DNA of 64,000 nt, taken from the NCBI GenBank assembly GCA_020832705.1, contig JAFIEE010000002.1, positions 478 to 64,477 on the forward strand. The letters are read 5' to 3'. A program made the position numbers and the translations under genes. The notes beneath the pieces are model-generated. The model was given only the letters and a program-made list of their open reading frames with translations, was not told the DNA's origin and made no database searches. The DNA comes from Paracoccaceae bacterium (GTDB lineage: Bacteria; Pseudomonadota; Alphaproteobacteria; Rhodobacterales; Rhodobacteraceae). Below are positions 19,228-28,781 of the stretch, piece after piece. Positions within the stretch are counted from its first letter, which is position 1. Every line of letters begins with the position of its first letter.

Positions 19228-20438
19228 ACAACGCTGCGAAGACCGCGCCCGCCCTGCGGGGCTATCCGCGCCGCGACGGGCGCAAGGGCATCCGCAACGT
19301 GATCGCGGTGGCCTATCTGGTGGAATGCGCCCATCACGTCGCCCGCGAAATCGCCGGGATCGACCGCGCGGCGGCGCATGTCATCGGCTTTCCCGGCTGC
19401 TTTCCCAACGTTTACGCACAGAAGATGATGGAGCGGCTGTGCACGCATCCGAATGTGGGCGCGGTGATGATCGTTTCGCTGGGCTGCGAAAGCTTCGACC
19501 GCGACCGGCTGGCGCGCGTGGTGGCCGAGAGCGGCCGCCCGGTGGAAACGCTGGTGATCCAGAATGCGGGCGGCACGCGCAGCACCATCGCCGCCGGGCA
19601 GGACTGGGTGCGCGCGCGGGCCGCCGAGCTGGCCGCCGCGCCTACCGTGCCGATGGATGTGTCGGAACTGGTGGTGGGCACGGTCTGCGGCGGGTCGGAC
19701 GGCACCTCGGGGATCACCGGCAACCCGGCGGCGGGCGTGGCCTTCGACCGGCTGGTGGCAGCGGGCGCGACCTGCATCTTCGAGGAAACCGGCGAGCTGA
19801 TCGGCTGCGAAGAGATCATGGCCGCCCGCGCCGCCACGCCCGAACTGGCCGTGGAGCTACGCGCCAGCGTGGACAAGGCCGCGCGCTATTACGCCACGCT
19901 TGGCTTCGGCAGTTTCGCCGTCGGCAATGCCGAAGGCGGGCTGACCACGATCGAGGAGAAATCGCTCGGCGCCTACATGAAATCCGGTCAGTCGCCCATC
20001 TCGGGGCTGATCAAGCCCGGTGACATCCCGCCGCGCGGCGGGCTTTACCTGATGGATGTGGTCCCCGACGGCGAGGTGCGCTTCGGCTTTCCCAACATCT
20101 CGGACAATGCCGAGATCGTCGAGATGATGGCCTCGGGGGCGCATTGCACGCTGTTCGTCACCGGGCGCGGGTCGGTGGTGGGTTCGGCGCTGGCGCCGGT
20201 GATCAAGATCGCCGCCAACCCGCATATGTACCGCCGCCTGGCCGAGGACATGGACATCAACGCCGGACGCATTCTAGAGGGCGCTGCCTCGGTTGCGGAG
20301 GTCGGCGCGGAGATCTTCGATTTCGTCTCTGCCCTGGCCGCCGGCAAACAAAGCGCGTCCGAGGCGCTGGGGCATCAGGAGTTCATCCTGACCTACAAGA
20401 GTTTCGAACCGATCGGACCGGCCTGTCTGCCGGTTTGA
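19224..20438 (+). CDS. UxaA/GarD family dehydratase large subunit
   Basis: GYPRRDGRKGIRN, HPNVGAV, SLGCE, CGGSDGTSG, GNAEGGLTTIEEKSLG, FVTGRGS. Confidence 0.9.
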   Translation: MNNAAKTAPALRGYPRRDGRKGIRNVIAVAYLVECAHHVAREIAGIDRAAAHVIGFPGCFPNVYAQKMMERLCTHPNVGAVMIVSLGCESFDRDRLARVVAESGRPVETLVIQNAGGTRSTIAAGQDWVRARAAELAAAPTVPMDVSELVVGTVCGGSDGTSGITGNPAAGVAFDRLVAAGATCIFEETGELIGCEEIMAARAATPELAVELRASVDKAARYYATLGFGSFAVGNAEGGLTTIEEKSLGAYMKSGQSPISGLIKPGDIPPRGGLYLMDVVPDGEVRFGFPNISDNAEIVEMMASGAHCTLFVTGRGSVVGSALAPVIKIAANPHMYRRLAEDMDINAGRILEGAASVAEVGAEIFDFVSALAAGKQSASEALGHQEFILTYKSFEPIGPACLPV

Positions 20439-20456
20439 ATGAACGATGAGGGACCC

Positions 20457-21206
20457 ATGGGACGACTGAACGGCAAGACCGCGCTGCTGAGCGCGGCGGG
20501 ACAGGGGATCGGGCGCGCTTCGGCGCTGGCCATGGCGCGGGCGGGCGCGCGGATCATCGCAACCGACATCAACCCGGATACGCTGGCCTCGCTGAGCACC
20601 GAGGCCGAAGGGCTGGCGCTGGAAACACGCCTGCTGGACGTGCGCGACCCGGACGCGGTGGCCGCGCTGGCCGCCGACCTGCCCGCCCCGGATGTGCTGT
20701 TCAACTGTGCGGGCTTTGTCGCACATGGCACGATCCTGGATTGTGACGAGGACGCCTGGGCCTTCAGTCTGGATCTGAACATGACCGCCATGTACCGGAT
20801 GATCCGCGCCTTCCTGCCCGGGATGCTGGCCGCGGGCGGTGGCAGCATCATCAACATGGCCTCGGTCGCCTCGTCGATCATCGCCGCGCCCAACCGTTTC
20901 GTCTATGGCGCGACCAAGGCGGGGGTGATCGGCATGACCAAATCGGTGGCGGCGGATTTCGTCACGCAGGGCATCCGCTGCAACGCCATCTGCCCGGGCA
21001 CGGTGCAAAGCCCCTCGCTGGAGGATCGGCTGTCGGCCACCGGCGACTATGAAAGCGCCCGCGCGGCCTTCATCGCGCGCCAGCCCATGGGCCGGATCGG
21101 CACGCCCGACGAGGTGGCGGCGCTGGTGGTCTGGCTCGCCAGCGACGAAAGCGCCTTTGTCACCGGGCAGGCGCATGTCATCGATGGCGGTTGGGCGAAC
21201 ACCTGA
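20457..21206 (+). CDS. SDR oxidoreductase (2-keto-3-deoxy-L-fuconate dehydrogenase/BDH2-like)
   Basis: SAAGQGIG, LFNCAGFVAHG, NRFVYGATK (YxxxK), ICPGTVQSPSL. Confidence 0.85.
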   Translation: MGRLNGKTALLSAAGQGIGRASALAMARAGARIIATDINPDTLASLSTEAEGLALETRLLDVRDPDAVAALAADLPAPDVLFNCAGFVAHGTILDCDEDAWAFSLDLNMTAMYRMIRAFLPGMLAAGGGSIINMASVASSIIAAPNRFVYGATKAGVIGMTKSVAADFVTQGIRCNAICPGTVQSPSLEDRLSATGDYESARAAFIARQPMGRIGTPDEVAALVVWLASDESAFVTGQAHVIDGGWANT

Positions 21207-21245
21207 GTCCGCACCGCTGAACGCAAGGAGAAAGGGAGGCACGCC

Positions 21246-22097
21246 ATGGAGTTCATCGACACCCACCAGCACCTGATCTATCGCGACCGGCTGGGCTATG
21301 GCTGGACCGCAGGCATCGACGCGCTGGCGACCGGCGATTTCACGGTCGCGGATTACCAGACGCTGACCGAAGGGCGCGGCATCGCCGGAACCGTGTTCAT
21401 GGAATGCGCGGTGGATGACGCCGATTATCAGGCCGAGGCGCGGTTCATCGCCGGGCTGATGCGGCAGCCCGGATCAGGGATTCTGGCGCAGATCGCCTCG
21501 TGCCGCCCGGAGACCGAGGCCGGGTTCACCGACTGGCTGGACGAGGCGGCGGACCTGGGCGCGGTGGGTTTTCGCCGGGTGCTGCATGTGGTCCCCGACG
21601 AGGTCTCGCAAAGCCGGACATTCCGCGCCGGGGTGGCCGAGATCGGCCGGAGGGGGCTGAGTTTCGATGTCTGCGTGCTGGCGCGGCAACTGCCCATCGC
21701 CCGCGCGCTGGCGGCGGCCTGCCCGGATACGGTGATGGTGCTGAATCATTGCGGCGTGCCCGATATCGCCGGGGGCGCCTTCGACGCCTGGGCGGCCGAA
21801 ATCACGGCGCTGGCCGCGCATGAGAACATGCATGTGAAGCTGTCGGGGCTGACGGCCTATTGCGCGCCGGACAAGCGTGATCTGGACACGCTGCGTCCCT
21901 GGGTGGGGCATGTGCTGGACGCCTTCGGGCCGGCGCGCATGGTCTGGGGCGGCGACTGGCCGGTGGTCAACCTGGGCTCCGGTCTGCCGGACTGGATCGA
22001 CCTGTCGCGCGCGCTGCTGTCGCCGCTGTCGGCCGACGAGGCAACGGCGATTGCGCAACACAACGCGCGGCGGGTCTATCGCCTTCCGGACAGCTGA
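21246..22097 (+). CDS. Amidohydrolase_2 family sugar lactonase (L-fuconolactonase-like)
   Basis: IDTHQH, VLNHCGVP, VKLSGL, FGPARMVWGGDWPV. Confidence 0.85.
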   Translation: MEFIDTHQHLIYRDRLGYGWTAGIDALATGDFTVADYQTLTEGRGIAGTVFMECAVDDADYQAEARFIAGLMRQPGSGILAQIASCRPETEAGFTDWLDEAADLGAVGFRRVLHVVPDEVSQSRTFRAGVAEIGRRGLSFDVCVLARQLPIARALAAACPDTVMVLNHCGVPDIAGGAFDAWAAEITALAAHENMHVKLSGLTAYCAPDKRDLDTLRPWVGHVLDAFGPARMVWGGDWPVVNLGSGLPDWIDLSRALLSPLSADEATAIAQHNARRVYRLPDS

Positions 22098-22271
22098 TCG
22101 CGCCGAACGGCGCAAGTTTGCGACAGCGACAGGCGCGCGCGGCGAAACCATGGCGGTCATGGCCATGACGAACAGGACATTGCACAGCCCCTGTCGCCCG
22201 CGCTGTCTGCCGTGCTGTTGCCGCACCGGGAAATCGGGCACAGCGGCTGCGAGGCGCTGCCGAGCGCGGCC

Positions 22272-24656
22272 TCACACGGGGCGGCGGCGCGTATAGAGCA
22301 CCGCCATGCTGTCATGCAGGGTGATCGGCCCGCCCAGATAATCGCTGCCGATACCGGGCGTGCGCAGGGCCACATGCCAGCCGCCCCCCTCCAGCCCCGG
22401 CACCGGCATCGTGACGGGGTCGATATCCATCAGCGGCTTGCCCTCCAGATGCGCGATCATGAACACCTGTTCACCGTCCGGCCCGTGTCGCAGCGCGCGA
22501 AAGGCGACGGTGCCACCCGTCGGCGTGTGATAATCGATCACGTCGCCCGGACCGTAGTTGTCCCGCAGCCAGGGCCGCGCAGACCGGAAGCTGCGCAGCT
22601 TCAGCATGTAGCCGGTATGCGCATCGCCCAGCCGGTCCAGATACTTGGCGACATTGCAATAATCGTGCATGTCATCCATCCACGCGCGCGCCACGCGCTT
22701 CAGCGCGCCCGCATCATAGGGTGCGGGCCCGTCCAGCGGCGGGTCGACGGCGTTCAGGAGCGCTGCCATCACGTCCAGATCGTATTCCGTGGCCTCGACA
22801 AGCGCGGGCAGCGTCATCATGAACCGGCCCAGCGCCGCGCGGTCGGCAAACCCCAGCGCCTTGAGCCGGGTGAAGTTGCCCGGCTCGGAATAGGTGTATT
22901 CATCCACCTGCCAGTTGAGCGAGATCGCCTCCTCGGCCACGACCTTCACGCCATACTGATCATCCTGATTGCGGATGAACCCCCAGCTTGCCCGCGCCAT
23001 GGCGTTCAGGAAATCCATCGGCACGCCGGGAAAGGCCACATAGGTCAGCATCTGCGCCGCCGGATGGTCATAGGCCTTGTCCAGGATCTCCATCCGCGTG
23101 TCGCCAAGGCGCGTGTTGATGTTCAGCTTCGGGCTGATCTGGGTGCCCCGGCGCAGCGTGTCGTGGTTGGCGCAGCCGGAAATCCAGTTGGCCCCGTGGC
23201 GCACGATTTCCTGAATGCGCCAGAACTTCGACAGCCAGAAGGTATAGAGGAACGGCGTATTGTGCGCGAAGGTCAGCGGGCCCCACTGGAACACGTCATC
23301 GTCGCGCTGGGCCTCGAGCACCGCGCGATAATCCGAGCTCAGCTCCCAGTCCTCGTCGGGCCAGGGGCGGCCATCCTCGAACACGAACCAGGGGCGGTAT
23401 TTCCGGCCCGCGACCTCCTGCACGATATCGGCCATTTCCTGCAGATACGCGTCGTCATGGCGCAGCATCTGGGCGTCGGCGTCCCACCACTTGAAATCCT
23501 GCGCCCCGTCCACCCGCACGCCGTCGGCACCGAAATTCACCTTGCGGCGCTGCATTTCCAGCAGGATCGCGCGCACGACGGGGTGACGGTAGTTCATGTT
23601 CTGGCCATACATGTTCGGCCCGGCGAAATAGTGGTGGCTGAGGCCGCGCAGACCCTGATTGTCGCTGTGCCCGAAGACCACATCCAGGATCAGCTTCTTT
23701 GGCCCGCCGGGGAAATTGTGCAGCACCGCGGCCAGGTCCACCAGTTCGTCGGGCCTGTCGGTTTCCAGCAGCGAGGGGTTCACCGCCGCCATGCCGGTGA
23801 TCACCACGTCATACCCCCAGTTGGTGGTGTCGGGGCGGCGGATATCGACCATCAGCCGGTCGTCCTGATCCTCGACCTCGGTCCAGAAATCGGGCCCGGC
23901 CTCGTAGACGGTCGTCGGCTCCACCGGCAGCAGTTGCACCGCGTCATAGCCCAGAAAGATGCGCTCGGACGGCTCCAGCGGCCCGCCCTGGCCGACCCTT
24001 TCGGCCAGAGCCTCGAACTGCCGGGTCAGCCCGGCGATGCTCATGCTTGCCGTCGCCGTGGGGACATGGATCTGCAGGATGTTCGACGGCGGGCCGAACT
24101 TGTGGACCGCGTCCTGAGGTAGCGCGGCGTAATAGCCCTTGTCGGCCCGGGCCGCCTGCATGGCGTCGATGTCGTAATACTCGGCCGGGGCGAAGGGACC
24201 GAACGGCACCGAGGCCGACAGCGGGTCGAGGCTCCGGTTCCAGCGGTTTTCGGCATCGCGCCAGACCAGCGAATAGAAGCTGCCGATACGGTCCCGGGTG
24301 CCCGCCTGCATGCCGTCGATGGCCGCCACGCACCACGCATCGACCCGCGCCACCGGAATACGGGTGCGGCGAAAGGTCAGCGTCTGGCGCGACCGCAACA
24401 GCGCCGCCGCGCCGTCGATGTCCAGCACCTCGATGAAGATGTCATCGTCGTAGACCCGGCGCTCCTGAAGTTCGGGCGCCCAGAACACCACTTCGCAGCG
24501 GGCGCCCCGGCGCTGCGCGCCCATCCGGCGGGCGATGCGGCGCGCCGCGTCGAAGGCGGTGGCGCCGCTGTGCAGTGTCTCGCGCAGCCAGTCCGCCAGC
24601 GCGGCCGTGGCTTCGGTGTCCTGCGAAATGGCACTGTTGCTTCCGGTCTCGGACAT
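22272..24656 (-). CDS. gghA: Glucosylglycerol hydrolase-like protein (alpha-amylase fold)
   Basis: NWGYDVV, LDVVFGHSDNQ, GADGVRVDGAQDFK, FEDGRPWP, GCANHDT; ~795 aa; family recognised from motifs. Confidence 0.8.
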   Translation of the reverse strand: MSETGSNSAISQDTEATAALADWLRETLHSGATAFDAARRIARRMGAQRRGARCEVVFWAPELQERRVYDDDIFIEVLDIDGAAALLRSRQTLTFRRTRIPVARVDAWCVAAIDGMQAGTRDRIGSFYSLVWRDAENRWNRSLDPLSASVPFGPFAPAEYYDIDAMQAARADKGYYAALPQDAVHKFGPPSNILQIHVPTATASMSIAGLTRQFEALAERVGQGGPLEPSERIFLGYDAVQLLPVEPTTVYEAGPDFWTEVEDQDDRLMVDIRRPDTTNWGYDVVITGMAAVNPSLLETDRPDELVDLAAVLHNFPGGPKKLILDVVFGHSDNQGLRGLSHHYFAGPNMYGQNMNYRHPVVRAILLEMQRRKVNFGADGVRVDGAQDFKWWDADAQMLRHDDAYLQEMADIVQEVAGRKYRPWFVFEDGRPWPDEDWELSSDYRAVLEAQRDDDVFQWGPLTFAHNTPFLYTFWLSKFWRIQEIVRHGANWISGCANHDTLRRGTQISPKLNINTRLGDTRMEILDKAYDHPAAQMLTYVAFPGVPMDFLNAMARASWGFIRNQDDQYGVKVVAEEAISLNWQVDEYTYSEPGNFTRLKALGFADRAALGRFMMTLPALVEATEYDLDVMAALLNAVDPPLDGPAPYDAGALKRVARAWMDDMHDYCNVAKYLDRLGDAHTGYMLKLRSFRSARPWLRDNYGPGDVIDYHTPTGGTVAFRALRHGPDGEQVFMIAHLEGKPLMDIDPVTMPVPGLEGGGWHVALRTPGIGSDYLGGPITLHDSMAVLYTRRRPV

Positions 24657-24806
24657 GGTTTCCCCTGATGTGCTGCGGCGGGCGTGCGCGCAGGTCTGCC
24701 CGATGAAGCTAGAGGATATGGCGCGCCGGTCCAGCACCCCGCCGGACCGGTCAAGGCATTCGGGGCGGGGCGGTTGCGGGCCAGGGCCGGACGGGCGAAA
24801 CCCGGC

Positions 24807-25511
24807 TCAGACTTCGCGGACGGGCTGGACGCCGGGCTTCCACAGGTAGCGCAGCACCATCTGCACCGCCTGTGCCTCGCGTTCCTGGATCATGGTGGTG
24901 GCGCCCAGGTCGCGTTCGAAGATCACCGACAGGGTCTTCATGTTCGAGACGTAGAAATAGCCCAGCGCGGCGATCGAGATGTAAAGCTGGATCGGGTCGA
25001 TCCCGTCGCGGAAGATGCCTTCCTGCCTCCCCTGATCAAGGATCTTCTCGATCTGCCCGACCAGCGGCGAATGCAGGGCCGGGATGTCCGGCAGGGACTT
25101 CAGGTAGGCGGCATTCTGCACGTTCTCGGTGGAAAGCAGGCTGGTGAACCACGGCTTGTCCAGGAAATGGCGGAAGGTGAAGCGCACCAGCCGGTCCATC
25201 GCCTCGTCCGGGCTGAGCGCCTCCAGGTTGAGTTCGCGCTCACCCGCGCGGATCTCGGCATAGGCATCCAGCAGGACCGCGCGATAGAGGTCCTCCTTGT
25301 TGCCGAAATAGTGGTAAAGCAGCCGCTTGTTGGCGCCCGCGCGTTCGGCAATCGCATCCACCCGCGCGCCGCCCAGCCCGTGCTCGCAGAATTCGGCGCG
25401 CGCAGCCGCAAGGATCGCCTCCTTGGTGCGCTCCGAATTCCGCGTCCGGCGGGGACGCTCAGCCGCCCCCGGTCTGCGGGCCGCGGTCCTTGATGAAGAG
25501 ACGTGTGACAA
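24807..25511 (-). CDS. TetR/AcrR family transcriptional regulator
   Basis: ILAAARAEF..GLGGARVDAIAERAGANKRLLYHYFGNKEDLY; TTG start lies within the tctA 3' end, start uncertain. Confidence 0.9.
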   Translation of the reverse strand: MSHVSSSRTAARRPGAAERPRRTRNSERTKEAILAAARAEFCEHGLGGARVDAIAERAGANKRLLYHYFGNKEDLYRAVLLDAYAEIRAGERELNLEALSPDEAMDRLVRFTFRHFLDKPWFTSLLSTENVQNAAYLKSLPDIPALHSPLVGQIEKILDQGRQEGIFRDGIDPIQLYISIAALGYFYVSNMKTLSVIFERDLGATTMIQEREAQAVQMVLRYLWKPGVQPVREV

Positions 25512-26985
25512 GGCGTTGGATCACCGGAATGCTGAACAGGATCGACAGGACGACCAGCCCGCAGATAACCGCAGACACCGGCCGGGTAAAGAACGGGGTC
25601 AGATCGCCGTTGGACAGCGCCAGGCCGCGGCGCAGGTTCACATCCAGCAGCGTGCCAAGGATGATGCCCATCACCAGCGGCGCCATGGGATAACGCATCT
25701 CGCGCAGGAAGAAGCCGATGATGCCGAAGGCCAGCATCACATAGACATCGAACATGCGCTGCGCGATGGCGAAGGAGCCGACCACACACAGCACATAGAC
25801 CACCGGCATCAGCCGTTCGCGCGGCACGGTCATCACCCGCAGCAGCACCCGCGTCAGCAGCAGTCCCAGCACCAGGATCGCCAGCGTGGCCAGCGCCAGC
25901 ATGGCCACGACCTTGTAAAGGAAGGGCGCGTTTTCCACCATCAGCATCGGGCCGGGGCGGATGCCGTGGATATACATGGCCGCAATCAGCACCGCCGCCG
26001 CCGCCGAACCCGGCAGGGCCAGCGTCAGCGTGGGGATCATGGAGCCGGGAATGGCGGCGCTGTTGCCGGTCTCGGCGGCGATCAGCCCTTCCAGGCTGCC
26101 CTTGCCGAAGCGGTCGGCCTCGGCGCTCTTGCGCTTGGCGGCGGCATAGGACCCCCAGGCGCCGATATCCTCGCCCACGCCGGGGACGATGCCGACAAAG
26201 GTGCCGATTATCCCGGAGCGCACCGTGGTCCGGCGGTATTTCCACACGTCCTTGATGCGGGGCACCACCCGGTCCGAAGCGTCGATGATATGCGCCGAAA
26301 CCCGGCGCTTCATCACCACCAGAATCTCGGCCAGCCCGAAGGCGCCCACCATGGCCGGGATCAGGTCGATGCCGCCGCCCAGCGCCGGCACGCCGAAGGT
26401 GAAGCGGCGAAAACCGTGCAGCCCCTCCATGCCGATCATCGCCACCAGCAGGCCCAGCAGCCCCGCCACATACCCCTTGATCGGATCGTCGAACGCCGTC
26501 AGCCGCCCCGAAATCACCACCCCGAAAAGCGCCAGCCAGAAGAATTCATAGGAGCCGAAGTTGAGCGCGGCTTCGGTCAGCAGCGGGGCCAGCAGCGCCA
26601 GGCAGACGATCCCTACCAGGGTGCCCAGCGCCGACGAGGTGGTGGCCAGCCCCATCGCCAGCCCGCCCTTGCCCGAAAGCGCCAGCGGGTGCCCGTCCAG
26701 CGTGGTGGCGGCGCTGGCGGGCGTGCCGGGAATGGCCAGCAGGATCGCCGTGCGGCTGCCGCCATAGATGGCACCCACATAGATGCACATCAGGCTCAGG
26801 ATCGCCTGATCCGGCGCCATGGGATAGGTCAGCGTGACCAGCAGCGCCACGCCCATGGTTGCCGTCAGCCCCGGCAACAGCCCGATGATGATCCCCAGCA
26901 GCGTGGCCCAGAGCACGTTGAACAGCGACTGCCAGGTCAGGAAATGCGCAACGCCGTCGCCCAGAAGGGCCAGACCCTCAAGCAT
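25459..26985 (-). CDS. tctA: Tripartite tricarboxylate transporter large permease TctA
   Basis: GLLPGLTATM, YGGSRTAIL.IPGTPAS, AETGNSA, LALPGS, GIRPGP. Confidence 0.92.
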   Translation of the reverse strand: MLEGLALLGDGVAHFLTWQSLFNVLWATLLGIIIGLLPGLTATMGVALLVTLTYPMAPDQAILSLMCIYVGAIYGGSRTAILLAIPGTPASAATTLDGHPLALSGKGGLAMGLATTSSALGTLVGIVCLALLAPLLTEAALNFGSYEFFWLALFGVVISGRLTAFDDPIKGYVAGLLGLLVAMIGMEGLHGFRRFTFGVPALGGGIDLIPAMVGAFGLAEILVVMKRRVSAHIIDASDRVVPRIKDVWKYRRTTVRSGIIGTFVGIVPGVGEDIGAWGSYAAAKRKSAEADRFGKGSLEGLIAAETGNSAAIPGSMIPTLTLALPGSAAAAVLIAAMYIHGIRPGPMLMVENAPFLYKVVAMLALATLAILVLGLLLTRVLLRVMTVPRERLMPVVYVLCVVGSFAIAQRMFDVYVMLAFGIIGFFLREMRYPMAPLVMGIILGTLLDVNLRRGLALSNGDLTPFFTRPVSAVICGLVVLSILFSIPVIQRLVTRLFIKDRGPQTGGG

Positions 26986-27021
26986 GATGCCCGTCTTTCG
27001 TTTGCTTGCCGCCCGTCGCGG

Positions 27022-27609
27022 TCATGGCAGGCGCACCAGAAATCCGGTTTCGAACACCACCGACACCGCCACACCGACGATCACCGCCTGCACCGCGGCG
27101 GTCAGCGCCGTGCGCCAGAGCGGATGCGGTGAGGGCGCGAAGACCCGTTCGAACAGCACGATGAAGACGAAGACGAACACCGCCGACGCCGCCCAGAACG
27201 GCAGCCATCCCACCAGCACCAGCGCATAGCCCAGCGCCAGCGCCATGGTCACCGCCACCCGTGCGGCCTGCGAGGTCACGAACCCCGCGCCGAAGCGGCG
27301 CCATCCCGCGCCATCGCCAGCCACCCGGACCGAGCGCGCTGCAAGGATCGCGCCGCAGAGCGCCAGCGCAATCCCCAGCAGGCCCGGGACAAGTCCCGGC
27401 ACCGTGGCGGGGTGGATGCGCCGCACCTCCAGCCGTGGCATCTCCCACGACATCCAGACCACCGCGACTCCAAGCACCAGCAGGACAACTCCCGTCAGCA
27501 GATCGGCGCGCACCATGTGCGCGCCGTCGCCCTCGGCTTCCGGGGGCTGGTCCGGCACCGGACCGCCCGCACCCGGGGGCGCGGACGGATCTGGAGACTC
27601 GCGGCTCAC
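27022..27609 (-). CDS. tctB: Tripartite tricarboxylate transporter small permease TctB
   Basis: 4-5 TM segments, PGLVP motif, C-terminal VFETGFLVRLP; between tctC and tctA. Confidence 0.85.
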   Translation of the reverse strand: MSRESPDPSAPPGAGGPVPDQPPEAEGDGAHMVRADLLTGVVLLVLGVAVVWMSWEMPRLEVRRIHPATVPGLVPGLLGIALALCGAILAARSVRVAGDGAGWRRFGAGFVTSQAARVAVTMALALGYALVLVGWLPFWAASAVFVFVFIVLFERVFAPSPHPLWRTALTAAVQAVIVGVAVSVVFETGFLVRLP

Positions 27610-28640
27610 TGGGCGCTGACCTCGCTCATGGTGTCACAGTCGAAGCCCAATTCGATGGGATCAATCACCGCTTCGCCGCGCGCGGCCTTGCCGCAGGCAT
27701 CCGCAATGGCGATGGGGATCGACCTTTCGCGCGCCAACTCGCCCCAGGACGGCGCCAGCACGGCGCCGAAGCCCTCGGCATAGTCGCGCAGTGCCTCCGA
27801 GGTGGCGACGTGGTTTTCCCAGATGTCGTCCATCGTGGCGATCACCTCGTCCGGCACACCGCGCGGGATGAAGATGCCGAAGTAGTCAGGCGCCAGCGGC
27901 ATGTCCAGCCAGTCGGTGATCGGCGGCACCGGGTCCATGCCTTCGACCACCAGCGGCTGATCCGACAGGATGGCCAGCGGCCGCAGGCGCCCGCCGCGCG
28001 CAAGTTCGATCTGCTCAACGGCAAGCTGCGTGGTCACCATCGCCTCGCCTGCGGCCGTTGCGGTGGCCGCCGGTGCGCCGCCATCATAGGTGATCATGCG
28101 GAAGTCGAAATCGCCCGCCGTGGCCAGGCTGGAAATCGCCGTCCCGCCCGAGGAGGTCACCCCGGCGGTGGCGACCGTGATCTCGTCCCCGCGCGTGCGG
28201 AACGCTTCGAGCAGCGCGCCGAAATCCTCGAACTCGCTGTTCGCGGGCACGCTGACCATGGGCGCATTGGCCACCGAGAGGTAGATGTGCCAGTCGTCGA
28301 TCGAGGTATCCTCGATCAGCCCGCTGACCGCATAGGTGGCGTTGTTCTTGATGGCGTTGGCGGTCCAGGTCATCCCGTCACGGGGCGCGTTCAGCACTTC
28401 CTGCGTGCCGATGGAGCCCGAGGCGCCGGGCTGGTTGACGATCACCACGTTGACGCCCAGCGCCTCGGCGATGATCGGCGCGGTGACGCGGGTGACCTGG
28501 TCGGTGGACCCGCCCGCGCCCCAGGGCACGATGATGTTGATGGGGCCGCCGGGCTCCCAGTCCTGCGCCATGGCGCCGGTGGCCAGTGCGAAGCTTGCCA
28601 GCGCCCCCGCGGCAAGCCGCGATCCAAATCGATGTGTCAT
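27606..28640 (-). CDS. tctC: Tripartite tricarboxylate transporter substrate-binding protein (TctC/Bug)
   Basis: Signal peptide, IIVPWGAGGSTD, NQPGASGSIG, YDGGAPA; GGAGG RBS. Confidence 0.9.
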   Translation of the reverse strand: MTHRFGSRLAAGALASFALATGAMAQDWEPGGPINIIVPWGAGGSTDQVTRVTAPIIAEALGVNVVIVNQPGASGSIGTQEVLNAPRDGMTWTANAIKNNATYAVSGLIEDTSIDDWHIYLSVANAPMVSVPANSEFEDFGALLEAFRTRGDEITVATAGVTSSGGTAISSLATAGDFDFRMITYDGGAPAATATAAGEAMVTTQLAVEQIELARGGRLRPLAILSDQPLVVEGMDPVPPITDWLDMPLAPDYFGIFIPRGVPDEVIATMDDIWENHVATSEALRDYAEGFGAVLAPSWGELARERSIPIAIADACGKAARGEAVIDPIELGFDCDTMSEVSAQ

Positions 28641-28724
28641 TGTTCCGGTTCTCCTCCCAGGCAACTGCCGCGCAACGGGCAGCACGCGGGCAAGCCTGTG
28701 GCGGTCGGGCGCATCTGTCAAGCC

Positions 28725-28744
28725 ATAAGTAACCATCCGGTTCA
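28725..28744. promoter_or_regulatory. Putative TetR operator upstream of tctC
   Basis: ATAA-GTAACC-ATCC-GGTTCA; shares ATAAGTAACCAT with 30545-30556; adjacent minus-strand TTGACA at 28716-28721. Confidence 0.7.
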
Positions 28745-28781
28745 TTTTCGTTCAGGGCAGCCCGCCGGGTCTGGCACCGGG

